From Acidobacteriota bacterium (GTDB lineage: Bacteria; Acidobacteriota; UBA6911; RPQK01; JAJDTT01): a DNA stretch of 64,000 bases. Below the pieces are notes generated by a model. It saw only the letters and a list, made by a program, of their open reading frames with translations, was not told the origin of the DNA and did no database searches. The stretch lies in the NCBI GenBank assembly GCA_965219005.1, contig CBDCMS010000004.1, positions 815,736 through 879,735 of the forward strand. The letters run 5' to 3'. Within the stretch, counting starts at the first letter, position 1; the number at the start of each line of letters is the position of its first letter. The position numbers and the translations under genes were made by a program. This document shows positions 1 to 9,634 of this stretch, piece after piece.

Positions 1-21
1 GACGATCCGACAATTCAACCG

Positions 22-219
22 CTAGCCACGATCGGAGCCGAGAAACTCAGGAAAGATCGGCTGCGTGTGTTCGACCTTGATCAGGAACCTACGCGTGTTG
101 AGGCGGATTTTGTGATCTGGCCAGCGGACCTTGACTACCCGTCCATGGCACGAAGTCACGATCCCTACCAGGTCGGACCCTGGAAGGGTCACCCTCGAGC
201 CCTTATGAATCTTCTCCAC
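22..219 (-). CDS. Small hypothetical protein, possibly SH3/KOW-like beta-barrel
   Basis: 65-aa ORF with a GTG start and alternating hydrophobic beta pattern (GSRVTL...VGIVT...VVKVRW); no family motif recognised. Confidence 0.3.
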   Translation of the reverse strand: MEKIHKGSRVTLPGSDLVGIVTSCHGRVVKVRWPDHKIRLNTRRFLIKVEHTQPIFPEFLGSDRG

Positions 220-632
220 CGGCCCCCCAGTCGAGCGACGAGTCCCATAGCATCAGCTACCATCTTAGCAGTTTGGTCCGACAAGCTTCTTGTTTCCATG
301 TACTTACCGGTTTTTGAACTATTCCGCAAATGGGCTCGCGGGAACCTACTCGAACTAGAATGACTAGTGGCCGGCGTTCCCCTGGCCGAGGTGAACCAGG
401 GTCTCCTGCCCCTGTTGTACCTTCGCAGGCAATCAGGATACGGTCATCAATTGGTATGCCTCCACATTCCAGTTTGAGTCACTCGACTCTGACCCTTCGA
501 CATTCGCCTGTTCGATATTCTGCGGTTTGTGATTCGGCAGTTGCAGCCTCCAGAGGAGGAAGAAGGCTGAATATGAAATGACGAACCGCAGAACACCGAA
601 CAAGCGAACTCCGAAGTGAACGCAAGACCTAT

Positions 633-890
633 CAAGTTTCAGCTCAGTGGGGCCCCCAGTGGTGCTGGCCACATTCGAGAAAGAAACTTCAGTCGGGATA
701 GGGGAGATTCTGCTGTTGTCCAGCTCTCTCCTCGGAACTTGGGTTCCTATTGCCGAACGGTCAAGTCGTTCGCGGCTCTGCCGGATTTGGCTTCGCAATG
801 CTGGCAGTCTATTCGTACACGGCAACACCTCTTTCCGAACACTGTTCACTGCTCACTGCACTACTGCTCACTATTCAAGTTTCAGCTTAG
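633..890. repeat. Dispersed modular intergenic repeat, copy A
   Basis: Bounded by direct repeats CAAGTTTCAGCTYAG (633-647, 876-890). The core GCTGTTGTCC..CTCTCTCCTCGGAACTTGGG...GTCGTTCGCGGCTCTG and the ACTGTTCACTG-type short repeats align with 48934-49151. Confidence 0.75.
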
Positions 891-934
891 TCCCATCCCC
901 TCGCTTGCGCTTCAGGCTCCTATGGTTTTCGCAT

Positions 935-3900
935 TCATCGAGAGCCTGGACCTGTCACCGTCCTCTGCAACTCGGCCTGCCGGAGCACCCAGGCCCGGAT
1001 AGTCTGGTAGCCCGCATCGTCGGGCTGGTAGCGTCGGCCTCCTTGATGTCCTTCCTCCTGGGGGGTCTGCAGGTCCAGTGGTTTACGCAGGAACCTGCTT
1101 TCCTCCACCTCGTCCAGATTCACCCTCTCCTGCATCTTTCGATAGTTGGCCAGAAGCTCCGCCGGGGCGATGTAGCCGATGGCGTCAGGAGGGTTCAGAT
1201 ACAGGGTTGGCACCCGGCCCGGGACCCCATGACAAGAGATGCAGGCTCTCCCATCGCGCTTGCTGAGCCGCGTCATTTCGGCGAACACCTGGTCCCGGAA
1301 ATCGAGTATGTCCTGGATGAATACCGGCGAAGTCTCCACTCGCGGACCCTGTTGGAGATCGTCGCCGAGCAGGGAATCAATCAGCTTCTGAAGTTCTTCT
1401 CCGTACACCTCGTCGTCGCTGTTGAGGATGTTCTGGATCTGCTTGCGCAGTTCGGGCACTGTTTCTTCTTCCACGTAGTCCGCGAGTGTAGACCGGATGT
1501 CTGGGTTGCGTCGCAGTGTGGTCTTGTTGGCGAGCCTGATAACGGTCTTTCGATCCTTCTCCCGGGTCCGTGGAGAGAACCAGCCAAGAAACATCTGGAC
1601 GACTTGGTGCTTGGTCTGGGTCAGAGGGTCCACCACCTTGATTCCCTGTTCGTTCTCGGTCAGGAGGGAGCCTCGGGCCTGGTCCGGAACTGCTGCCAGG
1701 TAGTCGAGACCGAAAATATAAAGCCGTTCGGCCTCGGGTTGGGCACCCAGCATCCGGATGGTGAGGAGGTTCTTCCCTTCCTGGAATTGATGGACGCCCA
1801 GAGAAACGGGGCCGGTAGGTGTCTGGTCGGGTCGGTACCCCTCCATCTGCTCCACGATCGTTTTCCCATTGAGGGAGAGCGATACATCACCCACATCTCG
1901 GTCATATAGGAAGGCTGCCACCAGTTCGTGAGGACCCGCCTTCTCAACCGGAATCGCGAAGGTAAGGGTCGCTCCCGGAAGTCCTTCTCTCCACCAGAGG
2001 ATGGTGTTCTTGCTGGTGAGGCCGTTGGGGACTATCTGCTCGGTGGTTCTTCCGGCCGTTAGCTCAACCAGCTCCAGGTCTTCCGCTTCGGTGGCTCCCT
2101 CGAGGGCTTGTTCCTGGTTCAGGTCTCTTTCCTGAAACCCAAGCATCCACTCGGTTGAGGGAAGCCAGAATCGGGGAAGCTCGTCCACGAAATCAAAGAC
2201 CAGCTTGCGCTGGAGCGTGGAGTTTTCTCCTAGGATCTGTCCCAGGAGCGTCTCCCTCAGCTCGTCCGTGGTTTCTGTGTACTCCGGCTCTTGGCTCAGG
2301 ATAGGGCGGAAAAGGACGCTGCCCTTGGATGAGGGCCCCTGGCTGGTGGCTCTGATTTAGGGAACCAGCAGGCGGTAGAACTTCTTTTCTCCCCGCTCAT
2401 CCACACCATCGAAGTTCCATTGGATCCTGGCCAGGAAGTTGGTCAAAGCCTGCGCGTCCTCCTGGCGATCCCTTTCCAGGAACGCCCCTAGCTTGGCCAG
2501 AAAAGGCTTGAGGGTCTCAACCGAAGCAGGAAGTGAAAGAGTCCGTGGATTGGACAGAGCTCGGGACGCTGCCGCTACCAGGTCGAGATCTCCGGTCATC
2601 AGGAGGTTAAGCATCTCCTTCTGAAGGGGTGGGTAGCTGGTGTTGGCAGCTGCCTCCAGAGACAGCTGGTCCCAAGGGACCCCAGATCCATCCTCTCCCA
2701 GATGGTAGGTCGCTAGGATGGATCGGCCTACCACTTCGGTGCTTCCTGAGGTGCTGTAGCCGAGTTGGCCGGGTCCACCATCACCGGCGCGCTCCAGGAA
2801 ATGAGTCCCAGCCACAGCCGTAAGTCCCCGGTCCAGCCGCTTCCGGTTTGGGGGCGAAGCAGAAGCGCGTCGCTGGGCTAGCTCTGCGTAGAAGCGGGCT
2901 AGCTCCGGATATTGTTGATCTATGCTCTCGCCTCCGGTCTGATTGGCAATCTGACCGTTGACGATCAGAAGAGACGCGGTGGAGTAGCGGAAAGCCATCT
3001 CTGCCAGCCGCTCGTTCTCTCCCTGGAGCAGGGAGTCGATCCAGGCCCGATTGATGCCGTCGCGCAGGGGAGGATTCCAGACCCACCAGTGCCAAGCCGC
3101 CTTGTGGGCCCAGGCCCGCACGCCTGCGAAAGGATCCTGCATTCCTGCAGAGAGGACATCACCAAGCCGGGATACGGCAGGGCTGCCCGAACCCACGAGA
3201 TCCGCCCGGGTCACCAGGGCCTGCTGGACGGACTGACGTGCCAGCTCGCTTCCGCTTCTGAAGGCCTCCAGGGTCTCGTCCCAGCCCACTCCGTCCAGCA
3301 TCAGTTGCCTCAGGGACCAGAACGCCGCCTCCCGGCAGGACTTGACGGGATCGTCGAGGTGCTCGATCAGGGCCGCGAGACCCTCTGGAGCCAGGGCCCC
3401 TCCAAGACCCAGCAGGGCGTAGTAGCGGATCTGGGGATGGGGGCTGTCGGCTTCCGCGATCATGAGGCGCGCTAATTCCTTGTTGCCGGTTGCTTGCAAG
3501 CGTCGCAAACGCGAGAGCGTGTCGAGGAAGCCCTCCCCAGGCGAAGCTTTCAGCTCCAGTGCACTGGCACGTTTTCGTACCTCGGGGAAGAGTTGGCCCA
3601 ACGCTCGAATCGCATAGGCGGTGGTCACGAAGCCGGTCTGGGCAGCTTTGTTCCAGAGGCCGTAGGGAAATTGATTGGCCATCAACCAGCCCACGGCCCG
3701 CTTTAGGACCGGATCTTCGGCGGTACGGCCGGCGGAGTGGAGGGCAATCAGGGCGACGGCGGTGGGGGCAGCATCTCCCGTCTCCTGCACTCGTCTCCAT
3801 GTCTTTCCCTCGTCCCCAGTCAGCCCCGGTTCAAATCCCCAGCTTCCATCTTCCTGCTGCAGGGCTAGCAGGCGTTGCAGGTCCCTTTGGACCTGGGCCT

Positions 3901-5743
3901 CGAACAGCTTCTGAAACTCTTGCGCCTCGCGGACGCGCTCCTCGTCTTCGGTTAGATGTGCGACCACCTCGGGGTAGTTCCGGGGCCAGAGGCGATGAAA
4001 AAATTCGATCCGGTGGCCCAGGTCATCGCTGACTTTGATCTTGTCATCGCCGGTGTCGACGATCCTTTTTGCCTTCTCCTCCAGACCGAAAAAGTACTTG
4101 GGATCTTCGGTATCCTTCCAAGCCCGGTGCAGGATCTCACCCGCAAACTTGAAGACTACGTTGGGACCGAAGTTGGACCCTCGACCAGCAGCGTTGATGC
4201 CCTTGGGGTCATCGGTCTGGAGGACATAGTTGGCCGTGCGGCGCTGCTGGTAGCGATGGAGTTTCTTGGGACGAAAGGCCCGTTCGTGTAGGACGATGTT
4301 GCGCCCCGCCACGCGGCTCCCAGCCGGGCCATCCCCGAGGTCGTTCGGAGGAAGGCTCGTGTTGACCGCCGCATCCTGCAGCTTTACGGTGGGGCGCAGA
4401 CTTTCGTACATCGTGTTGACCAGGCGGCGCCAGTTCTGTACGGTGCCGTCTGGCCAGTAACCGTTGCGGAAGGCGTCGGCCACTCCCCAGACGCCGGCCT
4501 GGGTGTGACAGCTCATGCAGTTCTCGCCAAACAGACTGGTGCCGTCCCGGACCCGGCGGTGGAGTGCAATGTTTCGGGGCCGATGGATCAGCCAGGCGTC
4601 TACCTGGGCCAGGTGGTAGTAGATGGCGTGCCGCAGGGCTCGCCGTGGGTCGTTGTAGGGAGCCGGCTTTACTAGCCGCAACTCGAGCTCGTAGGCCGGC
4701 TGATTGGCCTCTACCCTTAGAAAGTAGACCCCTCCCGGTTCCAGCTCACGGGTGACAAAAGAGCGAAAGTTCCTGTCCTGCTGGTGGATCCGCTCATTGA
4801 TGTCGCGGCCCTCGTAGTAGCTGAACACGGGGACGGGTCCGGGGATGACCTCGACCAGCGGATGGACGTAGGGGACCTGGGCATTGTTACCCACCTGTTT
4901 GATATCTGGGACCTCCGAAGGTCCGAGCTCTTCTGGTGTGGGCACGCCCAGCCGATACACCCTCAAGCGGGCACTGACGATCGGTTCCACCATCTGGAGA
5001 TTGGCTGTGAGAACCCGGGGCTGCCTTCCCCGGTGTTCAACGCGGAACCAGTCGTCCGGAGAGGCGCCGGAGCGGGTGTTGTTGTAGTACTCCAGATCGT
5101 CGGCACCACCCACAACCCGGATCACCTGGTCCTGGTCCGTGTCCTCAAAGGGCACCAGAACGGCTTGCTCGGGCGTGTTGTTGGGCTCGGCTTCCAGCAG
5201 GAGATCTCCCTTGGAAATCGCGGGAACAGAGGTGACGGATACCCTGATCGGAAGCTGGCTCACCTGGGGGGTTCGAACCGGCAGAGAGGTGGCCCGTTGG
5301 GCCAGACCGGTGTCGCGCCAGATCTTGCCCAGGGGTTGGGAGCGGTCTGTCACGGTTTCCAGGTTGAGGTGGTAGGGGCCAGCCGTGGGGGCCCTGTAGA
5401 CCAGATGCAGGTCCGGGTCCAGCGCATGCAGCGTCTTCTCCCACCCGGTCGAAGCTTTGGCGTCGAGGTCTCCTCGCTTCCCATCGAAAGCCAGATCAGG
5501 AAGATCGGGTCCCCGCCAACGTACCTCGATGCGGGCATTGGGAGGAAGAGAGGAGGGTTCGGGGATGCCCACCGACATCTGAAGGATCTGGTCCCGCTGG
5601 AGTTGCCACTGACGCTCCCAACTGCCTTCGAAAACAACCCACTTCTGGAAGTCGAACGCTCGGTTCCTAGCCAGCTGCGAAGCTCCCAGGCCGATCGCCA
5701 TGAAAGCACAGGCTGGCAGCAGTAATATCCTTCGGCCCGTCAC
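935..5743 (-). pseudogene. Giant exported multidomain protein (PPC-like EPNN domain, CxxCH, QW/prenyltransferase-like repeats, HEAT repeats, CBM-like domain, C-terminal CxxCH), interrupted by one in-frame TAA at 2357-2359
   Basis: ORFs 2357..5743 and 935..2188 are in the same frame (gap 168 nt) and the gap translates openly after the TAA (IRATSQG...LVFDFVDEL). Signal peptide; motifs CMSCH, QQEDGSW, QFPYGLW, CISCHG...KPL...HQGG. Confidence 0.75.
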
Positions 5744-5844
5744 TCAAAATTCCCCGTTAGCGCTTCGAGCAGCGTGAGATCGTAGATTAGATGATAGCCC
5801 CGTTTTTCAAATTCTTCCATGAGGAAAGTTGAGCTGTTGTCCAT
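5740..5844 (-). CDS. Possible 34-aa small ORF translationally coupled to the giant gene
   Basis: AGGAGAGAG directly before ATG; MDNSSTFLMEEFEKRGYHLIYDLTLLEALTGNFE; its TGA overlaps the GTG start at 5743. Confidence 0.35.
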   Translation of the reverse strand: MDNSSTFLMEEFEKRGYHLIYDLTLLEALTGNFE

Positions 5845-5942
5845 CTCTCTCCTGGTGATAGCATTCACGCTAGCTGTTGTGCTGTCGCACCCACCATCGG
5901 GGTCTATCAATGGCTGCGTCTCAGTAGTAGACTGACGGGAAG

Positions 5943-7046
5943 ATGGAGCGACAAAAGCTCGTCTGTGTTGGGATTGTTGTCGTCGCCCTGGGGGCGGTGC
6001 TCGCCCAACAACAGGACCACCAGTCTCGCTACCAATACCACTCAGGAGAGATTTCCATTCCGCCCGCATCGGAAACCGAGCCGTTCCTGCTGGAGTTCTC
6101 TCCTGCCCGAGCCGTCGCCTATATGGAAGAAGGGGCTACGGCCTGGACTCGGGAACGCAAATGTCTGTCCTGTCACACCAACGCCACTTACATGGTCACT
6201 CGCCCGGCGCTGACCAGCAGCCTGGGAAGGCCGTCGGAGGAGCTTCGTGCCTTTGCCATTCAGCAGTTGACTGAATTTCAATCGACCGATCTCGAGAAAC
6301 TCAGGTCGGGCATCAGACCGACCCAGGTGGCCTATCTGGCCCAGGGTATGGCTGAATGGGACGCCCACGTCACCGGCAAGCTCTCTGCCGAAACCGAGGA
6401 CGCTTTGGATTTGATGCTCCAGGTTCAAGGGGAAAGCGGCGACTGGGGCAACACCGATGCATGGCCGCCTTTCGAGTCGAGCAACTATCACTCCACCACG
6501 GTGGCGGCGCTGGCGATGGCCACGGCTCCGGGATGGTTGGCGGTGCGAGCCAAGGACGAGGCCGTAGAGAAGGTGAAAAACTACCTTAAAGGGGGTGCGC
6601 CCCACGACTATGGTCGGCTGCTCCTTCTCTGGGTGGCGACGCGTTGGCCTGGGTTGCTTGACGAGGATGTGAAGCAGAAGTTGATCGCGAACGTCTGGCG
6701 ACATCAGCGAAAAGACGGAGGATGGTCCATTCGTACCTTTTCTTCTCCCGACAAATGGGGAAGGGGCAATCGTGCCGAGAAGCTTCGGGCCGAGGACGAG
6801 TTCCAGAATCCTCCCAGTGACGGTCACCAGACAGGCCTCTGTTTATTGGTGCTGAGGCAGGCTGGGGTTCCGGCAGCCGATCCTCGACTCCAGCGGGCTG
6901 TGAAGTGGCTGTTGAGCCACCAGAGAGAGTCGGGCCGTTGGTGGACACGGTCCCTCAATACCGACAAGTTCCACTTCATCACCTACAGCGGCACCTGTTA
7001 CCCGCTCCTGGCCCTGGACAGCTGCGGGCTGCTCGAAGCCATGTAA
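5943..7046 (+). CDS. Exported prenyltransferase/squalene-cyclase-fold protein with a CxxCH motif
   Basis: Signal peptide (VCVGIVVVALGAVLA), CLSCHT, and QW-type repeats QGESGDW, QRKDGGW, QRESGRW; no DxDD cyclase motif. Confidence 0.85.
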   Translation: MERQKLVCVGIVVVALGAVLAQQQDHQSRYQYHSGEISIPPASETEPFLLEFSPARAVAYMEEGATAWTRERKCLSCHTNATYMVTRPALTSSLGRPSEELRAFAIQQLTEFQSTDLEKLRSGIRPTQVAYLAQGMAEWDAHVTGKLSAETEDALDLMLQVQGESGDWGNTDAWPPFESSNYHSTTVAALAMATAPGWLAVRAKDEAVEKVKNYLKGGAPHDYGRLLLLWVATRWPGLLDEDVKQKLIANVWRHQRKDGGWSIRTFSSPDKWGRGNRAEKLRAEDEFQNPPSDGHQTGLCLLVLRQAGVPAADPRLQRAVKWLLSHQRESGRWWTRSLNTDKFHFITYSGTCYPLLALDSCGLLEAM

Positions 7047-7106
7047 CCCTGGGTCAAATTCGGTCTTGTAGCTTCATCGGGGTTATTGCAGTCCGGGAAG
7101 GTCTTG

Positions 7107-7210
7107 GCAATAACGCTTACAGCGTAGAGACTGAAATGGGTATGACTAGACCCAGGGTAGCTCGCTTCGCATCGCAACCCTGGGCTACACGCAGTAACGC
7201 CTTCGGCGTA
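7107..7210. repeat. REP-like palindromic element
   Basis: CCCAGGGT...ACCCTGGG inverted repeat (7151-7184) between two related short hairpins, GCAATAACGCTTACAGCGTA and GCAGTAACGCCTTCGGCGTA. Confidence 0.55.
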
Positions 7211-7235
7211 TGTGATAGGCCCACTGATCCACGTA

Positions 7236-7325
7236 AAGTTTCTTTCCTGTACGATCCAGCGCAGTCGGTGGCGTCGCTAAACTGAAAGTTCATTCGCTAA
7301 CGTGGCTTCGGTCTCCAGGCCGAAG
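7236..7325 (-). repeat. Dispersed modular repeat, copy B (inverted)
   Basis: Its reverse complement contains CTTCGGCCTGGAGACCGAAGCCACG, TGAACTTTCAGTTTAG and GGATCGTACAGGAAAGAAACTT, matching 48778-48948. Confidence 0.7.
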
Positions 7326-7502
7326 GTCTAATCGCGAAATATCGCAGTTGGCAACCGTCGAATCACAAACCGCAGACGTCGAACGTGCGAGGTGTGAAGG
7401 GCAGAATCGCGGCCTTTCTTCGCGCAGAAGCCCCGCGACGTCGATCTAGTCAATTTAAACTTGCCGACGCTCGGGGCGTGATTGTGTACTATCGGTAGGG
7501 CC

Positions 7503-8837
7503 ATGGACGAAAGATCGGGCACGGCGGTATCATTGGCAGCTTCTTCCAAGATTCCCCTCTTCCCAGTCCTGCTGGTGAATTTCATCGGGTCTCTCGGTTT
7601 TAGCATCGTATTGCCCTTCCTTGTGTTCGTCGTCCTGAAGTTCGGAGGCAACCCCGTCGTCTATGGACTGGTAGGAGCCACATATCCGGCTCTCCAGCTT
7701 CTGGGCGCACCGATTCTTGGCCGCTGGTCGGATCGCTACGGCCGAAAGAGGATCCTGCTGATCAGCCAGATAGGAACACTGATTTCCTGGGTCATCTTCG
7801 CAGCTGCCCTGTTTCTTCCTCGGACCATCCTCGCGAGTGTCGAGTCTTCCCTGTTGGGCAGTTTCACCCTGACGCTTCCGTTGGCGTTGGTCTTTGTAGC
7901 CCGAGCTCTGGACGGTCTCACGGGTGGCAACGTCTCGGTTGCAAATGCCTACGTGGCTGACATCACGTCGGAAGAGGAACGCAGCCAGAGTTTCGGCCGC
8001 ATGGGTGTAGCCTCGAATCTGGGATTCATCGTTGGTCCGGCCCTGGCAGCGTTACTGGGAGCGACGGCCCAGGGTGAGAGTCTCCCCATTTTTGCAGCTC
8101 TTCTGATTTCGCTCGTGGCCGCCGTTCTGATTGCGGTCCGGTTGCCGGAGTCGAACCCCTGTGCTCTCGAGCACGGCCCCGAGGTAGCCGACCTGAACCG
8201 GGTATTCGGGCACGAACACAAGGACTGTGTTGAGTTTCAGGACGGCGATGAAGCCAAGCTCAAGGACGCATTGGACAGACCGGGCATGGTATCCATCCTG
8301 GCGCTCTATTTCGTGGTGTTCCTTGGATTCAACTTCTTCTACACGACATTCCCGGTGCATGCAGCCGGAGTCCTCAGCTGGACGGTCATCGATACCGGCG
8401 TGTTTTTTGCTACTCTCAGCTTTTTCCTGGTGTTGGTACAAGGACCCGTTCTGGAACGGCTTTCCAAAGTAGTCTCGGAGGATCGACTGATCCTCGTTGG
8501 CAGTCTGGTTCTGGGCAGTAACTTTCTGCTGATGCTGTCACACGATGCTGGCGTCATCTACATGGCGGCCGTTCTCTTTGCTGTGGGCAACGGAATCATG
8601 TGGCCTTCGGTACTGTCGTCGCTCTCGAAACTAGCTGGAGAGCGATATCAAGGTGTGGTGCAAGGCTTTGCCGGTGGAATCGGTGGACTCGCCAGCGTCC
8701 TCGGTCTCATCCTCGGCGGTCTCCTCTACGAAAGAATCGGAGGGTTGACCTTCGCGGTATCGGCGGGACTCATCTATCTGAGCTCCGTGATTTCCCTACG
8801 GCTACTCTCGCCTGCCAAGCGCGCAAGAAAGCAATGA
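7503..8837 (+). CDS. MFS transporter (TetA/DHA1-like)
   Basis: About 12 hydrophobic helices, motif A GRWSDRYGRKR, ARALDGLTGGN and motif C GFIVGPALAALLG; ATG 7503 preferred over the upstream GTG. Confidence 0.9.
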   Translation: MDERSGTAVSLAASSKIPLFPVLLVNFIGSLGFSIVLPFLVFVVLKFGGNPVVYGLVGATYPALQLLGAPILGRWSDRYGRKRILLISQIGTLISWVIFAAALFLPRTILASVESSLLGSFTLTLPLALVFVARALDGLTGGNVSVANAYVADITSEEERSQSFGRMGVASNLGFIVGPALAALLGATAQGESLPIFAALLISLVAAVLIAVRLPESNPCALEHGPEVADLNRVFGHEHKDCVEFQDGDEAKLKDALDRPGMVSILALYFVVFLGFNFFYTTFPVHAAGVLSWTVIDTGVFFATLSFFLVLVQGPVLERLSKVVSEDRLILVGSLVLGSNFLLMLSHDAGVIYMAAVLFAVGNGIMWPSVLSSLSKLAGERYQGVVQGFAGGIGGLASVLGLILGGLLYERIGGLTFAVSAGLIYLSSVISLRLLSPAKRARKQ

Positions 8838-8877
8838 GTGCACTGTTTCAGTTCCACACAGGAGTAGTCTGACAAGG

Positions 8878-9429
8878 ATGTTTTCCAGAATGATCCTGAT
8901 GATTTTGCTAGGCCTCTGCTCCACCCCTTGCTCTTCCACCCCTTGCTCGCAGGAAAGCGAAGAACCTTCTCACAGTGGAGTCGAGACAAGTCAATTCCGA
9001 TTGAGCCTCCGGGATACCGACTATTCCATGGCTCGCACCAGGATCTACCAGCTGACGAACGATCAGCTTTCCATCACGGTAGGTGGCATTCAGCGCGATC
9101 AGGATAGGCTCGTTTTCAAGCACAAATTCGATAGTGAAGAGAAGGCAGAAGTCGTCCGTTTGCTCGACCCGATTGATTTCGAAGGGTTGAAGAAACGATA
9201 TTCGAATGACTGTATGGATGATGGCTCACAGATCGTCTTGGATTTCAGAAGAGACACCTTGGAGCGATCGGTTCATCTGAACAACTATTACCTCGAAGAG
9301 GTCGCAGGAATAGTGGAGTTCACAAACTCGATCGCTCCTAAGCACCTTGCGATCTGGTACGACCGCGAACGATTGCTCAAGGCTTTGGAGCGCTGCGAGA
9401 AGCGGCGGGCTGCTCCTTCCCGAAGGTAG
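8878..9429 (+). CDS. Hypothetical exported protein or lipoprotein
   Basis: ATG start, hydrophobic signal ending LLGLC; co-oriented downstream of the MFS gene. Confidence 0.7.
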   Translation: MFSRMILMILLGLCSTPCSSTPCSQESEEPSHSGVETSQFRLSLRDTDYSMARTRIYQLTNDQLSITVGGIQRDQDRLVFKHKFDSEEKAEVVRLLDPIDFEGLKKRYSNDCMDDGSQIVLDFRRDTLERSVHLNNYYLEEVAGIVEFTNSIAPKHLAIWYDRERLLKALERCEKRRAAPSRR

Positions 9430-9634
9430 AACCCAGACTCTCGGCGCCACTGAAGGACTTCCGCCAGGTTTCGCTGGACAGGAATCTGCCCGGGGGTACA
9501 GTGATGCCAAATCCAATCCAGAATTCTTCAAATGGCTGAACACCAGAGCTGAGGGATGTACGGGTCGCCGCTACCCACGACAGCGGTTGTCGACCGAGAT
9601 GTCTAAAACCGAGATGTCTAAAAAGGAGGAGTCC

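Noticed and set aside
647-1909. 420-aa plus-strand ORF, and similar long ORFs at 4784-5725, 25796-26743, 35393-37213 and 49209-50537
   Set aside because: Antisense shadows of well-supported genes in GC-rich DNA, with no motifs of their own.
2357-2359. Selenocysteine/pyrrolysine readthrough or an alternative genetic code
   Set aside because: The codon is TAA, and TAA, TAG and TGA all terminate other genes normally in this window.
5943-7046. Functional squalene-hopene cyclase
   Set aside because: Too short for a two-domain cyclase, lacks DxDD and has a signal peptide.
9347-9634. N-terminal extension of the CLCA-like ORF, and likewise 44765-44920, 38797-39006 and 60135-60314
   Set aside because: Better RBS, start and signal peptide lie downstream; the extensions overlap other genes or regulatory DNA.
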